In this document: piece after piece, positions 1 through 13,375 of the stretch
Numbering within the stretch: position 1 is the first letter of the stretch
Layout of the letters: every line of letters starts with the position of its first letter
Source: Guillardia theta CCMP2712
Lineage: Eukaryota > Protista > Cryptophyta
Reading direction: 5' to 3'
DNA: 64,000 nt
NCBI RefSeq assembly: GCF_000315625.1
Contig: NW_005434648.1
Location: 283,561-347,560 of the forward strand
Notes under the pieces: generated by a model
Seen by the model: the letters and a program-made list of their open reading frames with translations, nothing else
Databases searched by the model: none
What the model was told of the DNA's origin: nothing
Made by a program: the position numbers and the translations under genes

Positions 1-167
1 TTTCCTGAATTCCTTCTCCAACGTCACATGGAGTCCTCCATCCATCCTGCAAGCTTCACCTTGAAGTTCAAGAGACCGTCGCCGTCCCTGTCCACACTCG
101 AGAGTGCACTTCTCAGCTTGTCTATGTTCTTCTGCAAGTCTTCGATGTCTTCACCAGCAGAGCTCAT
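1..167 (-). CDS. 5' end of an EF-hand calcium-binding protein (runs off window)
   Basis: ATG at 167. Exon 167-60, GT-AG intron 59-13 and the next exon give MSSAGEDIEDLQKNIDKLRSALSSVDRDGDGLLNFK|EFRK, a canonical EF-hand loop DxDxDGxLxxxEF. Confidence 0.7.
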
Positions 168-240
168 GTTGTGGCAACCAGGCTCTCACAAGGCTCGATC
201 AGGAGAATGTCTTTAACTCAACTTGCTCTGTTCTCCACTC

Positions 241-297
241 CTCTGCTCTGCTCTGCTCTGCTCTGCTCTGCTCTGCTCTGCTCTGCTCTGCTCTGCT
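241..297. repeat. (CTCTG)n microsatellite
   Basis: Directly visible pentanucleotide tandem array. Confidence 0.95.
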
Positions 298-482
298 CAT
301 ACCAAGCTGCTCTACACGCCCTACTTCGGCAACGGAAGCCCTCGAATTTCAATTTCGAAGAAGGGTGGGTCCTTTTGAATATATTTCGGAGGATATATGG
401 TGGGGTAGGGTGGTCCAGTGCTACCAGTAGGAAAGGAAAGATTGTTGATAGGAAAGGAAACATGAAATGTTCCTGCTGTTCA

Positions 483-775
483 GGAGGGAGGGAGCGGATG
501 GGGGAGGGAGGAAGGGAGGGAGGGAGGAAGGGAGGGAGGAGGGAGGGAGGGAGGGAGGGGAGGGAGGAGGGGAAGGACGAGAGAGAGAGGAGGAGGAGGA
601 GGAGGAGGAGGAGGAGGAGGAGGAGGANNNNNNNNNNNNNNNNNNNNNNNNNNNNNNNNNNNNNNNNNNNNNNNNNNNNNNNNNNNNNNNNNNNNNNNNN
701 NNNNNNNNNNNNNNNNNNNNNNNNNNNGAGGGAGGGAGGGAGGGAGGAGAGGGAGGGAGGGGAGGGAAGGAGGGA
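483..775. repeat. GA-rich/(GAG)n low-complexity tract containing a 100-N assembly gap (628-727)
   Basis: Poly-purine repeats flank the N run. Confidence 0.95.
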
Positions 776-841
776 CATGGTTCCAGTGGTCGATAACGAA
801 GAACAAATTGAGTCACTCTAAGTCACTCTGAGGTTGCAGAG

Positions 842-909
842 GAAGGGAGAAACGAAGGAGGAAGGGTGAAACGAAGGAGGAAGGGAGAAACGAAGGAGGA
901 AGGGAGAAA
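842..909. repeat. 19-nt minisatellite GAAGGGAGAAACGAAGGAG, about 3.5 copies
   Basis: Directly visible; one copy has a substitution. Confidence 0.85.
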
Positions 910-1037
910 GACTCGAGCCAGGAGTCGAGGACAAGAGGTCTTGCACACTGCAGGGGCGACCTCAGTGAGAACGAATGTTCAATGAGAAGAAGAACTGAAC
1001 GGGAAAGAATATCTTACGCCTCGACACTGAGTCTGCA

Positions 1038-3200
1038 TCAGGGCTCTTGGTTGACAACACTTCTGTCCGCCTGGTCCGAGCTGTTGGGTTGAAGTCGGAA
1101 AAGCGAAGCAAGGTTAAAAATGATCTGCGACACGGGAACTTGATTGCTGAGCTCTATGGCAGTTTGTGCCAACTCAGGGTTTTTAGGGTCTGCCGTTTCC
1201 TTGTCGTAAGGATTCTTTGAGCCGGCAAGCCCTCTATGCCGCAGCCAAGATTTGAGATATGGCACATGCCGTTGCGAACGACCTGCTCAAAATGAGTCGA
1301 AGCTGAGAAGACGAGAGGATCTTTCACGTAATTTCTCGACCATGTTTCTTGCAAGTAAGTCGGAGTGAAGATTCGTGTCTGTCCTTTCGTCTTCGCAGTC
1401 AGACATCGCATGGCCCTAGCAGAGCTCAGTTAGGAAAGCAAATGCAATGTCTCAATCACTTGTTCCCTGCTCTTCTTGTACGCCATGCGTGCTTGTATCA
1501 TCAATGTCTTCCTTCTTTTTTCAACCTTGCAAATCGTTTTTTCAATTTTGTTTTGGTGAAAAATGAAACGGAATCTCACCCTGAGCCAATCTTTCGCGAA
1601 GGGAGCTGAACCTAACGATTGAATCATTGCCTTGCTGATTTCGCTGACGTCAGCAGCTGAATCTCTTGGAGTAATAACGTATCGTCCCTGGTCAAAAACA
1701 ATCAGCGTCGAGACGATACAACACTGCACAGCAAGGAGCCTTACTGGAGTGATCTGCTTGCTAGGGCTGCAAACGACATCAATATTAATCAACACCAAGG
1801 CGAGACAGTCACCTGTTCCCATTGTATTCTCTGTTACTTGAATTCCCCAGAGCAGAAAGTCTGCGCGATCTTCTTCCGGTAGATCGCAATGAATCTTGTT
1901 GCATAGGCCGCATGCTGTCGTCAGCATGCCGCTCCAGCCATTCTTTTACTTTGTCGACATCAAGCGACGGCTTCCAGCTGTCTTTAGACGGAACGGATGT
2001 CCCCCGACGAAGAGTGTCCTGTATGCACAGGTGTCAAACCAATTGTAAAGCAGGGTATTCAGATTGAGTTACATCGCCAGCAAGCTTCAATTCGTTTTGC
2101 TTGTCCTGCTGAAAGAAGGGAATGAATCCATTTTCAACTCTGGTTGAGAATCTTACCTGGACTGAATGACCTTTTTTCGTATCCATTTCTACCTCTCTCT
2201 CTTTCTCCTTCTCTTCCTTCTCTTTTTCCTTCCCCCAAAAGTCTGCGCTGACCGTTGGCTTTAAAGCGCTGCTGTCCACAGATGGATCTTTGCCTCCAAG
2301 CTTGGGAAAAAAGCATCTTTACGATCAAGTCAGCACAATGCACGCAAGGAAAAAAATCAATCCTCTTACGCAAGACAAGGCCCTCCACAACCAGAGAACA
2401 AGGAGTGTGGGGTAGAAACCCGTGGTGTGTCTACATTATCGTCTCCTTCCATGAGTGTGTTGGCGTTGTCTTCAGGGTTTACAGGCTTGTTTTCTGGTCC
2501 AAAGAATCTCAGGGGAGCGCGATCCTCTATCAGTTTCTCAGCTGGCACATCTTCAGGCTCCACCTTAAAATGTGCGGAGACAAGCTCATGCTGTTGAAAT
2601 GAGTTAAACCTGACGCCCAACGTAAGCGACAACAGACTCACCTGCGCAGGCGACTTGCGATGCGAGGCATTGACAGTATTCGGAGTAGGGATGTGAGAGG
2701 ACGGTGAAGAATCACCTTTTGCAGGCGGGTTTTGGCTTTCAACTTGATCATGCGCATCATTTGAATGGTTGGGTGCAAAATGGTCCAAGGAATTTTCTCC
2801 CTGCATGCCATGTTGTTGTCCTGCACCAGCAATAGACTTTCCCTTTACGGTCGTATCTTCAGAAGAATTCATGTAATCGATGCGAGTGTTGTGATGAGCA
2901 GATGGGTTGTGATGGCCAGCTGATAAAAAGTGCTTTGCTCTTCGTGCTTCAGCCAATCGCCTTTCCTTCCTGTATCTTGGGCCTGCCCCTGTCAATGCAG
3001 CGATCATTCCTTACGAATCCTGCCTGCCTTCAAAGACAAATTATTTGTAAAGAGAAACCAACGATACCTGAGTTAAAAACATAAAAGTCCAATGGAAGAG
3101 ATGGAAGTCAAATGGAAGGGACAATCTGTTGCAACGAACAATCTACGCAACGCAAAACGAGTAGTACTACCTTCATTCTTGCGCATAGTCTGGGTCATGG
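1038..3200 (-). CDS. hypothetical multi-exon protein (boundaries approximate)
   Basis: Chain of minus-strand ORFs (2366-3007, 2034-2279, 1430-1927, 1038-1265) separated by short intron-like gaps; no family recognised. Confidence 0.45.
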
Positions 3201-4559
3201 CTCATTCACGAGAGTCATAGAGGCTTTTCCAAATCTATCATCTGTCGAATGTATCACCAACAATCCTCAATAACTTGTCAGTCATCCCGGCTACACCCTC
3301 ATACTCCCCCAACGGAAGTTTTGGCCTCATCTTCCTAGAAGCTATATGATCTACAGCTCGTCTATAGTGCACTTTCCTCTCCAACTACCTGGCTAGCGCC
3401 TAGTCGATCTACTCAACCAAATTCTGCTGTCTGTTGTTCCCCACCGTTCTGAGCAGCAATTCTTTGCGGCGGGATTAGGAATGACACCCATCCCTTGACC
3501 GTCGTACAGGGCGATGAGCCTAACTGCAGCTACCTCAGTAGGAGGTGCCAGCAGGCTTGCAAGCCAGGTTCCCCGGAGTGACTTCTCGATTCTAGTAGTC
3601 TCAACTGAGCTCTTCCTCCTCCTCCTCTCTCTGCCTCTATCGCACAACCGTCTCTACCTCATAGCAGCCTACCATCCGATTGCCCTAAAGAAATAGCGCG
3701 TGGACCCCCACCCCCCTCCAACCCTGTGGAACCCATAGGGGTCGTCAGGGCTCACTTATCTGAGTCCGCCGGGCCGAACCCTTCGGACTCCGAGTGACTC
3801 CGCGGCCGGACTCGGACCCGGCGTTGGATAACCAGGCGGCCGGCCGGGCGGCCCGGGCCCGGCCGACCGGTCCTGTCAGTTGGCGCAGGGTCCCACACGC
3901 TCCAAAGCTCCAGGCGGAAGGGCTGATGACATGCAGGACACGACTGGCAGAGGAGGAAGTTGAAGAGAGAGAGAGAGGAGGGAGAGAGAATGTGGAGGAG
4001 GAGGTAGGGAGGGAGGAGTGACAGAGAAGTCATGGAGTAGAAGGGGGCAGTGTGGTCGGCAGTGGAAGGCATCGAGGATAGACATCGGACCGGCAAATGT
4101 ACTACTGTCATGGGATGCAGTAGAGTTGAGGTTCGGAGCAAAGGAGAGTGTTATAGAGTATCGATGCTTTTGAGTCTTGCAAAGAAAATCAGAGCTGGGC
4201 ATGGTGAGGGAGATTCCAGAAAGTGAGGGGAAGACCCGAGATGAGTATGAGAAGTCCCTGTAAGTTGAGGATGAGTTGAAGACAGAGGAGGGGAGAGGAA
4301 TTTGAAGATTTTAGGCAGAGCGTGGAAGGGAGGGGCGACTAGGGCGTGTACCACCCGATAGGAATGGAGGTTGAGGGGATGGAAGGGAATACAGGAAAGT
4401 CACTGATAGTGTCAAATGCTCCCTTGTTGGCCGATGATCTATAAACCATCAACATGATTAGATTCCATCTAGCCACCTGTTAGCCCTTGATCGCTTTCCG
4501 TTGAATAATCAGAAAGCTTTTCTTCGCAATCCTTGTGTGACTGAATTTTGTTTGTGAAG

Positions 4560-6719
4560 ATGGAAGCTGCTCTCGATTCTTCGACAAGCCATGATACATT
4601 GAATGAAGAGGAAATATTCGCTCCTGCTAGACCGTTCGGCAGCGCGTCAGATTCCAAGAACAAACAAATTGTGAACGTGAGTTGTCGTGTTTCTAAATCA
4701 TGTGTTACCTTTCCCATCTTACTCCACAACATACAGAAGGATACGAATGCCAAGATGAACTGGACAATGTATTCACGAGAAGAATTGTTAGCTATCGGGA
4801 AGCAAGAATCTGTCTGCCGCCGCCCTCCTGACATTCCCGAGTTGTTTCGCAGGTCTGTTCAGATGTTCTCAAGGTATTTTAGCTCATGGCTTTGCAGGGA
4901 TGCTCCAGGAAATGTTGCAGAGAAAGCAAAGATGGAGAGGAATGTCAGGAAAAGAGATGAGCGGGAGAGAGAACGGGAGAGGAGAGATCGCGGAGGTCGT
5001 GGTATCCGCATGCCCATCAATCATGGTGCTGGGCTACTGTCACACCCCGAGCCGAGGGGCAGAGGTGGACTCTCGCATGAGGAGCGGCACAAGATGATGA
5101 TGGAAGAGGTTGAGCGGGAGCGATGCGCCTTGGCCGCTCAAAGAAACCGGGAGAAGGCTGCGATGGCGACCAACCCGGGGCTAGTGGACGACGCGATCAT
5201 CTCCATGAGCGGCACTGAAGCGCCCATGGTGGACCCTCTGATGATGCGAGAGGTCCCAGTGAACCAGCAGTTTGCTGATGACGACGATGTTTTCGACCTA
5301 AAGAACCTCGTCGGGCCTGCGCTCTCGGATATTTCCGATGACGCTGCTCCTTTGGTCGGAACCAACATCCCCGTTCCCCCCGAAGCATCTCCGAGTAAGT
5401 TTGGGGCTTCAAGGGCAGGCAGATGGTTTGCTAGTCCAGCAGAGCGGCAGGGGAATCAGCCCATGGCACAGGAGAAGGACGGCAAAATGAACAGCATACT
5501 GGGAGGCGCCTTGCCCTTGACCTTCAACTCGGACCCACTGCTGAGCCCCCAACCTGCTCCTTCCTCACATACGGCACCCTTCATGCCGCTCAACTCGGCT
5601 TTCATGGATCCTGTCACTTCCTCCTTTCAAAGCTTGCCCAATATGCCACCGCAGCCTCCGCTCCTTTCAAGCTTTCAGGCTACAGACCTCTCCATGCTCG
5701 AGAGGCAGCAGTTCGAGAGCGCCAACAAGTCCGGAGGCTATGAACCTCCTCTGCAACCCCCTCCTCCTCAAACCCCGTCCCCTGCGAGGGCAGAGGTGCG
5801 CGATCTTGATCTTGATGAGCTACATCGTCCTTCTCCTCACGAGTTTGATCCAGAAACCGTCTGCCCCTCCGAACTTAGCCTCGCCAGGAATTCCCTTTGC
5901 TCGCCCAGGGAACAGGTGAGAAGGGCAGGAGAGGGACTTGACTTGTTCTTGAAACCCTACCGCAGCATTCTTTCAAAACTTCTTGGCGCTAACAACCCTG
6001 CTGGCCTCTCTGCCTCTCCGCTTCCCCCTCTTCCTAACGTGCCATCGACCACACTCTCGGTCGAAGACATCGAGAAACAGCTTATGAATGCCAGCAGCAA
6101 GCAGGACGGGGGAGGAGGCGGAAGGGGAGGGGGAGCAGGGGGAGTTCTCCCAAATGTTCCAATCTCTCCTGCAACAACTGCTGGCGCTTTCGATGCGAAA
6201 TCTTTCTTCCAGCTCTATGAGAACCCTGTGAGTCTCAAGACATGTCTTTGTTGTCATTGTCTCATCCTCTGATGCTGCTCGCAGGCTCCTCCTTCAGGTC
6301 AATCGCCTGGCCCTGGACGAGGGAGGCAACCTCAAAATCTCCATCCCCATCCCCATCCCCATCCCCATCCCCATCCTCATCCTCATCCCAATCTCCATCC
6401 CCATCCCCATCCAATCAGTCCCTCGCATCCACCAGGACGAGAGCAGCAGAGTGAAATGCCGAATCACTTTGATGCTTCGAGCTTCTTCATGCAGTTCGGT
6501 AAGCTGCCACGCTCTCTCTCCGTTTTCTGCCTGTTCCTTGCATTTCCTTGATTTTTCTCTTCAGAGCATTTCGCTCCCATATCTCTCATTCCCTCTACAT
6601 CCGATCCCCGTCTCTTGCGCTGACTCCTTACAGGTTCGTCGGCTGCTCTGCCGCCCATGCCAGCAGCATCCGTGGCATACGACGAGTCGCAGATGGCGAC
6701 AGGGAAACCGAAGGCGTGA
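4560..6719 (+). CDS. 4E-T (EIF4ENIF1)/CBE1-like eIF4E-binding protein, largely disordered
   Basis: ORF 4548-6272 with in-frame introns (4677-4736, 4853-4897). Motifs YSREELLAI (YxxxxLphi), SRAGRWFASP and LSVEDIEKQL. 3' exons carry an (HP)n repeat and FDASSFFMQF; stop about 6717-6719. Confidence 0.65.
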
Positions 6720-6943
6720 GGGGTCAAGAGGCCATGCGATGGTTTCACGACTGTTTGTTCGAATGAATGAAATCATAGAAGGCCATGCTCTATCGTTTTC
6801 CTTTTCTGCCATGCTTCCCCTCCCCCTGAATCCTCCCCCTCCCTCTCGTCTTCTTCTTTCGTCCTCGTCCTGCTCAGCCTTCCGATGGTGGATGAGATCT
6901 TCCTGTCCGAGCATGCTGCTCCCTGTCTGCGTGCACTCGCACC

Positions 6944-7567
6944 TTACTTCTGTGCGTCTTTGCGGAGCACGAGCTCGCTCTCCTGCGGTAATGACAGTCA
7001 TCTGATCGATCAGACCCGAGCAGCTTCGAACCCATCCGTCTTGCTTCTGCTTCGCTGCAAGATCTTGAGCCTGCAAGAGCATGCCGGTTACCACTTGCGG
7101 GAAACCGCGAGGCCGGAAGCATCAAACACCTCGCATGCCACACCAAATAAACATGATATGAACATAATATGATGGCAGAATCAGGAGAACAGTAATCACA
7201 GCCTCCTCCTCCTCCTCCTCCTCAGCATAGACCACAGACCATCGGCACTTACATATGCTTGCTTGTCCTTCTCGATCTTCTTCCTTGCGGACTGTGAGAA
7301 GCTCCTCGTCAGCGACCCATCAACAGGAGGAGATGCTGACTAACGATGGCGCCGAGGACAGTGAAGGTGACTCCGAGGACTAGTGCTCCGAGCGGCATCA
7401 CGAGCTGGTCATCAAGACGTCATCCCACCAGAGTGGAAAGGATGCAAGCGAAGGAGGGAGGGAGGGCGAGACGGAAGGAGGGAGGATCGGATTGCGAGAT
7501 GCTGAGCGGCTCTCTTGACTACCTGAGCACGCTGAAACCATGTCCAGCGGCGCTGGTTCTTCTGCAT
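6944..7567 (-). CDS. small (~73 aa) single-pass membrane protein, 5 exons
   Basis: Four phase-0 GT-AG introns join MQKNQRRWTWFQRAQ|LVMPLGALVLGVTFTVLGAI|SARKKIEKDKQAY|AQDLAAKQKQDGW|ESELVLRKDAQK*. Confidence 0.5.
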
Positions 7568-7844
7568 GCCTGTTGCAGTACCGCACTGCCTCCCCCCGCA
7601 ATTGCACAGGTGAATTTTCCCGTAAAGCCTTTGCACTGCTGTAATTTTGGGGTAGGGGGACGGGGTAGAGGAAAAGGAAGTAGGAGGGAGGGAGGGAGGG
7701 AAGGAGGGAGGGAAGGAGGATGGGATGGGAAGGAGACAGGGACGAGAAGGTCTTTCGACGAGCTTTATTTCCATCAACAAGGAGAGAGCGCGAGCGAGGT
7801 GAATCGTATGCTCGAGGATAGAGTACAACCGACGGGGCATCTCA

Positions 7845-8844
<1,000 letters not shown>

Positions 8845-9159
8845 GGCTGGACACCTCAGCCCTTCACCCACCCGACTTGAAGACTACACCCTAGCAATAC
8901 CCTAATAGCCACCCTCACCCCCTCCTTTCCTCATCAATTTTGAAACAATTTCTATATTCCAAATATATTATCAATATTTCAATATAGACCTTTCAAATTT
9001 CGAAAATATATCTCTCGTTTTACGAAAATATAACCCCCATGGAGACCCACCTGTTTAAATCACTTCTCCCTCCCGTGCTCAGGTGTGCTACCCACCTTAT
9101 GGCAACCAGCAGAGCAGGGGTAGGGGTACATTGTAAGCGGCAACACCTAACCACACAGC

Positions 9160-9500
9160 TAGAACTCAGCGGCCCGGCGGCACGGCCCGGCCCGGCCGGC
9201 CGGGCGCCGTACTGCGGCACTGAGTTAACTCGGAATGACTTCCAGGACCCCGGCGTGACTCAGTGACGGGACCCCGGCGTGACGGGACCCCGGCGTGACG
9301 GGCCACCGGCGGCCGGTGACGGTGACAGTACCGGCGGCGCGGCCCGGTGCCGGGCGGCCCGGGCCGGGCGGCCGCCGCGGTTGGATCATCCGGGCCCGGC
9401 CCGCCGTGACTGCCGAGGCCGCGCCCGGCCAGTGACTCCGACCGGGCCGCCCGGCCGGGCCGCGGGGCAGCCTGCTCCCGGCCTGATTGTTCCTGATTTT
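9160..9500. promoter_or_regulatory. GC/CpG-rich island between divergent genes; includes a 16-nt tandem repeat GTGACGGGACCCCGGC (~9263-9302)
   Basis: Dense CCGG/GGCC runs with TGAGT/GTGACT motifs; regulatory role inferred from position. Confidence 0.45.
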
Positions 9501-10110
9501 TAACTTAACTTTTTTGAGTAAAAGATCGCCGGGAGTAGTCACGCTTCAGACCGGCGTGCTTTTACAAGTCTTCTTTACAGTTAAAAGATTATTAAAGTCA
9601 ACATAACTTATTTTTTCAGTACAAGTACCACGGAAAAATCAATTGTTTGAAGCGAGCTTTGTTTGTGCTGTGTGTGGTACCGCTCGGGGTATCCGGCGGC
9701 AGTGAACCATTCTAGACGGAACAGGGGGTCTCTAAAGTACATCTTGGTAGTGAAAGGCAGGGGAGAGAGGGGGTGGGGGTATTTCCCCTCCGAACCAAAA
9801 AGTTAACTCGCGCTATCACCCCACCTCACGAAAGTCGTCGATCTACCCCACCATTTAAGGCATTCAGAGCCGAGTACCACCCACCCAGTGGGCAAGATGG
9901 TCGCCAGTGAAAGAAAAAGATGTAGTCATGTACCCCACCCCCTTGTATCCAAGACGCACAGTTTGAAACTGCATGATTCTACCCCTCCCTGAAGCCCAGA
10001 AACATGCCTTTCCGGGGTACAACAAGCACCAGGGACCCTCCCCGATCGTTCTGCTTTCCTTCTTTCCCGTCCAAGGCCTCCTCGTCGCCACTTCCCCATC
10101 CCCCCTTCCA

Positions 10111-10111
<1 letters not shown>

Positions 10112-10167
<56 letters not shown>
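10112..10167. repeat. (CCCTGT)n microsatellite
   Basis: Directly visible. Confidence 0.95.
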
Positions 10168-10168
<1 letters not shown>

Positions 10169-10230
10169 GTTGTCCTTGCTCCGCTCAACGACCCGACAGG
10201 ATTTCATTTAACCCTCAGGTGCAGTCTATC

Positions 10231-10851
10231 ATGCAGGTCGACGATCGCTGTGCCGTATACCAACTCATCGATGTTGCGACTCTTTGGAACCAGTCGTTCG
10301 ATCTCATCAAATCGAATGCTTCTGATTTGATCCTCAGTCAAAAACGTCCTCGAGGTCGCCCAAAGGGCTCGAAAGACGCACATCCTAGGAAGCAAAAGCA
10401 GGGCTACACAGATATGAGCAAAAGGAAATTCTGTACTGTGCCAGCTGGTCACAACCAATGTGGCGACACAAGCAGCCCGTCGTCATCCGACGACCAATTG
10501 GCCGACGAGGCGCCGCAAAAGATCAAAGTTTACATCCCCAATCGCTGTCGCCAACGCACAGAAAAGCACAAGAAGCTGGTGGCAGAGATTGCAGTTATGT
10601 GCCAGCAGCTTTCGAGGTACAGGCCTGGCGGTCTTGTGCAGCAGAGCAGAGAAGATGTATTGGATACCGTCATGAAAGATCTGCTAGGAGAAGGGTGCCA
10701 TTCGTGCGAGGCCTGCGGGAATTGCCGTCCGTGCCCCTGCACGTCGGATCGCTTCTATTCAAAGCAGAAAAGAGGTAGGGAGGAGGAACAAGAGGTTCCT
10801 ACGACTACCTGCTCGACGTACTCAGAAGCCATTATCATGAACCGAAGCTAG
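10231..10851 (+). CDS. AT-hook protein with a degenerate bHLH-like region and a Cys cluster; putative transcription factor
   Basis: KRPRGRPKGSKD AT-hook; NRCRQRTEKHKKLVAEI...SREDVLDTVMKDL; CHSCEACGNCRPCPC. ATG at 10231 follows the microsatellite. Confidence 0.7.
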   Translation: MQVDDRCAVYQLIDVATLWNQSFDLIKSNASDLILSQKRPRGRPKGSKDAHPRKQKQGYTDMSKRKFCTVPAGHNQCGDTSSPSSSDDQLADEAPQKIKVYIPNRCRQRTEKHKKLVAEIAVMCQQLSRYRPGGLVQQSREDVLDTVMKDLLGEGCHSCEACGNCRPCPCTSDRFYSKQKRGREEEQEVPTTTCSTYSEAIIMNRS

Positions 10852-10949
10852 ATGCGCAAAAAGCGATCGACAGAAACATCGTCGAGGTGTGAAGTATTAC
10901 AGTGTGTACTTTATGATGATAAAATAAACCCTTTCATTGAGCCTTAGCT

Positions 10950-12732
10950 TTATCTGGATTCATACTCCCGCAACATCTTCTTCAGTTCTGTCACGTTAGG
11001 GTCGTTGGATCCCTGCACACAAGTGAGGGTTGTGAAGAACGCAAGACCACCTCTAACAAGTTCAGCTTCCATCTCCCGAAGAGATGACTTGAGAGCTTCC
11101 ATGACTCCGTCTTCTCCCTGCTTCTTCTCATCCTTGCAAGCAAGCTTCAGGTCGTCCACAGCATGTGCAGCACGGTTGACTTACAAAAGGTGAGAAGACC
11201 GCTTCCAGAGCGTGCGAATCTCCCCAGGTGTTGGCGAGCGACTCCTTGGACGGCGACTGCCTCATTCGCTGCCGGGCAGTGAGAGACCAGCACAAGGAAC
11301 AACACTTGAAGGTCTTACCTGGTATTCAGGAGCTTGAGAAGCAGAGCTGGCGCCATAGTCCATCCTGACACCGCAAGTGAGACGCGGAATTGAGCGGAGA
11401 GGAAGACGACAGGGGGAGATATTACATGCTTCTCCCCTCCACTGCGCTCGACCCCGGTTCTATGTCCTCATACTCCGCGTTTTCAATCAGAACCTTGCAG
11501 AGTGGTAAGTTGAGAGCGAGTGGAGATTCCGTAAAGGTTGAGCCTCACATTGTAGAAGAAAATCCCGACTGAGTCAAAAAAGAAAGCAGGCCGTGGGCTG
11601 TTGTGATCTCCACCAAAGGTGATGATATTCTTGTCCCCAGCATATCTCTCATACAGTTGCTTGGAATGATGCGCAAGAACGAAATCATCGCCGTCAGCAT
11701 GCGCAAACAAAGCCTGTCAACGATTCCACTATCAACCAACCAGCACGAAACATGCAGACTGTCAGTACACGAGCGTCTCTATCGACTCACCGGAATGAAG
11801 CACTTGTCGGCTGCGTCCTCTGGATTCACATCTCTGCAGATGGCAGAGAGGATCAGGAATCGAGACTTTCACTTCAATAGATTGGGATGCCTGATGTCGA
11901 AATTCCCCTTCTTCTGGACAGACTTGCGCAAGACGGAGATCGCACCGTTGATGAGAATCTTAGGCACTTTGACTTGTTTCATGTACTGGTTGGCGAGCTC
12001 GTACATGACTTGAGTCAGCGAAGAGAAGGCGCTGTCGAGTACCATTCCTGCCCATCGCATGTGAGCTAGAAATCTCTCCTGATCGTGCTTCTACCAGCGA
12101 TGGAAGGATCCCGAGCAGCGACCAACACGCTCGTCGCCGCTCCCATGCTCCTCCCCCACAAGCCGATCCTCGAGACCAGTCCACTTTCACGCAAGTACTC
12201 GATAACGGCCAGCAGGTCGTCTTGCTCGTAGTAGCCCAGCGAGATGGTCTCTCCTGCTGGAGGTTCAGTCCCTCTCCTCTCGCTACTTCTCCTTGACTCA
12301 CCGTCGGAGAGGCCGGAGCCTGAGAAGTCGAAGGCGAAGACTGATATCATCTGAGGGAGCAGCAGGTCGAGGCAGTCGCTGGCGTCTACTCTACTGCCAC
12401 AATTTCCGTGACAGTAGATGACACACGGGAACTTGGTCGTGTGCCCAGCCCTCGTCCCCTCGAGCACAGGCATGTAGTGGCTGCACTTGAGACGTTGCCG
12501 ACGCTTGTTCATTACCTACCTCCATGTCAAGGTGCCACCCGCACTCTCTACCGCTCCCGACCTCCACGTCCACCCGCTCGAACAGCCTTCCGTCGATCCT
12601 GAACCTCTTGGGTCCCAGCACCTCATCCGGATCGTAGCTGTACCTGCAAGAGCACCTTCATCGATCGTCCACCATCCTCCTTGCAGACCTCGGAGGCCTG
12701 CACACCAGATTGACCAGCGTCTCCCACACCAT
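10950..12732 (-). CDS. alpha/beta-fold serine hydrolase (YqkD/ABHD-like)
   Basis: MVWETLVNLVCRPPR start; VIYCHGNCGSRVD, FDFSGSGLSDG, GLWGRSMG nucleophile elbow, HADGDDFV acid, GDHNSPRP His; multi-exon. Confidence 0.9.
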
Positions 12733-13029
12733 GAGAAAATGCGCAGAGCTGGAAAGCAGCCATGGAGGGGACATGCGAAGGAGGAAGTACAAAGATCATG
12801 TCAGTGGATGCAACCTGTATGTGTACCGACTATCTCCCTGCACCTGTCCCTCGGTTTTCGCTCTTCCAGTAAATCATCGTTGGAACTATCTACAACGTCC
12901 CCGCAGTCCCTCCAATCAGCATAGGTTCTTGACTTTGTTATGTCAGTTTCTCTTCTCTTGCCTTACCTCGCCACATCGTTACGATTAGAATACGATCAAC
13001 ATCTAAAACATCATTATCATTGCTTCCTA

Positions 13030-13240
13030 TCCTGCCTCGATCCCCTCACTTTCATCCTCTTTCATCATCTCCACTACCTCTTCCTCTACTTCTACCTCCT
13101 CCTCCTCCTCATCTCCTAATCCTCCTCTCCTACTCCTCTCCTCCTCCTCCTCCTCCTTCCCCCCCCCTCCTCCTCTCCTCCTCCTCCTCCTCCTCTCCTC
13201 CTCCTCTCCTCTCCACCCATCGCTCTCCTCTCCACCCATC
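13030..13240. repeat. (CCT)n-rich low-complexity tract
   Basis: Directly visible. Confidence 0.9.
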
Positions 13241-13375
13241 CCGTTGCCATCGTCGCTGTCTTGTCCGAAGTGGTGGTACCGAGGGTGCAGCGGGGTAGTG
13301 AGCAGGCAACTATGGGGTAGGGGTAGTATTCGAGTTTTGTTCTTTCAGTTAATAATAGAGTAAATAATTGCAAGA

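Noticed and set aside
104-821. Several ORFs with poly-R/E/P/S/L and CSALL repeats
   Set aside because: Translations of microsatellites and the N gap; not credible proteins.
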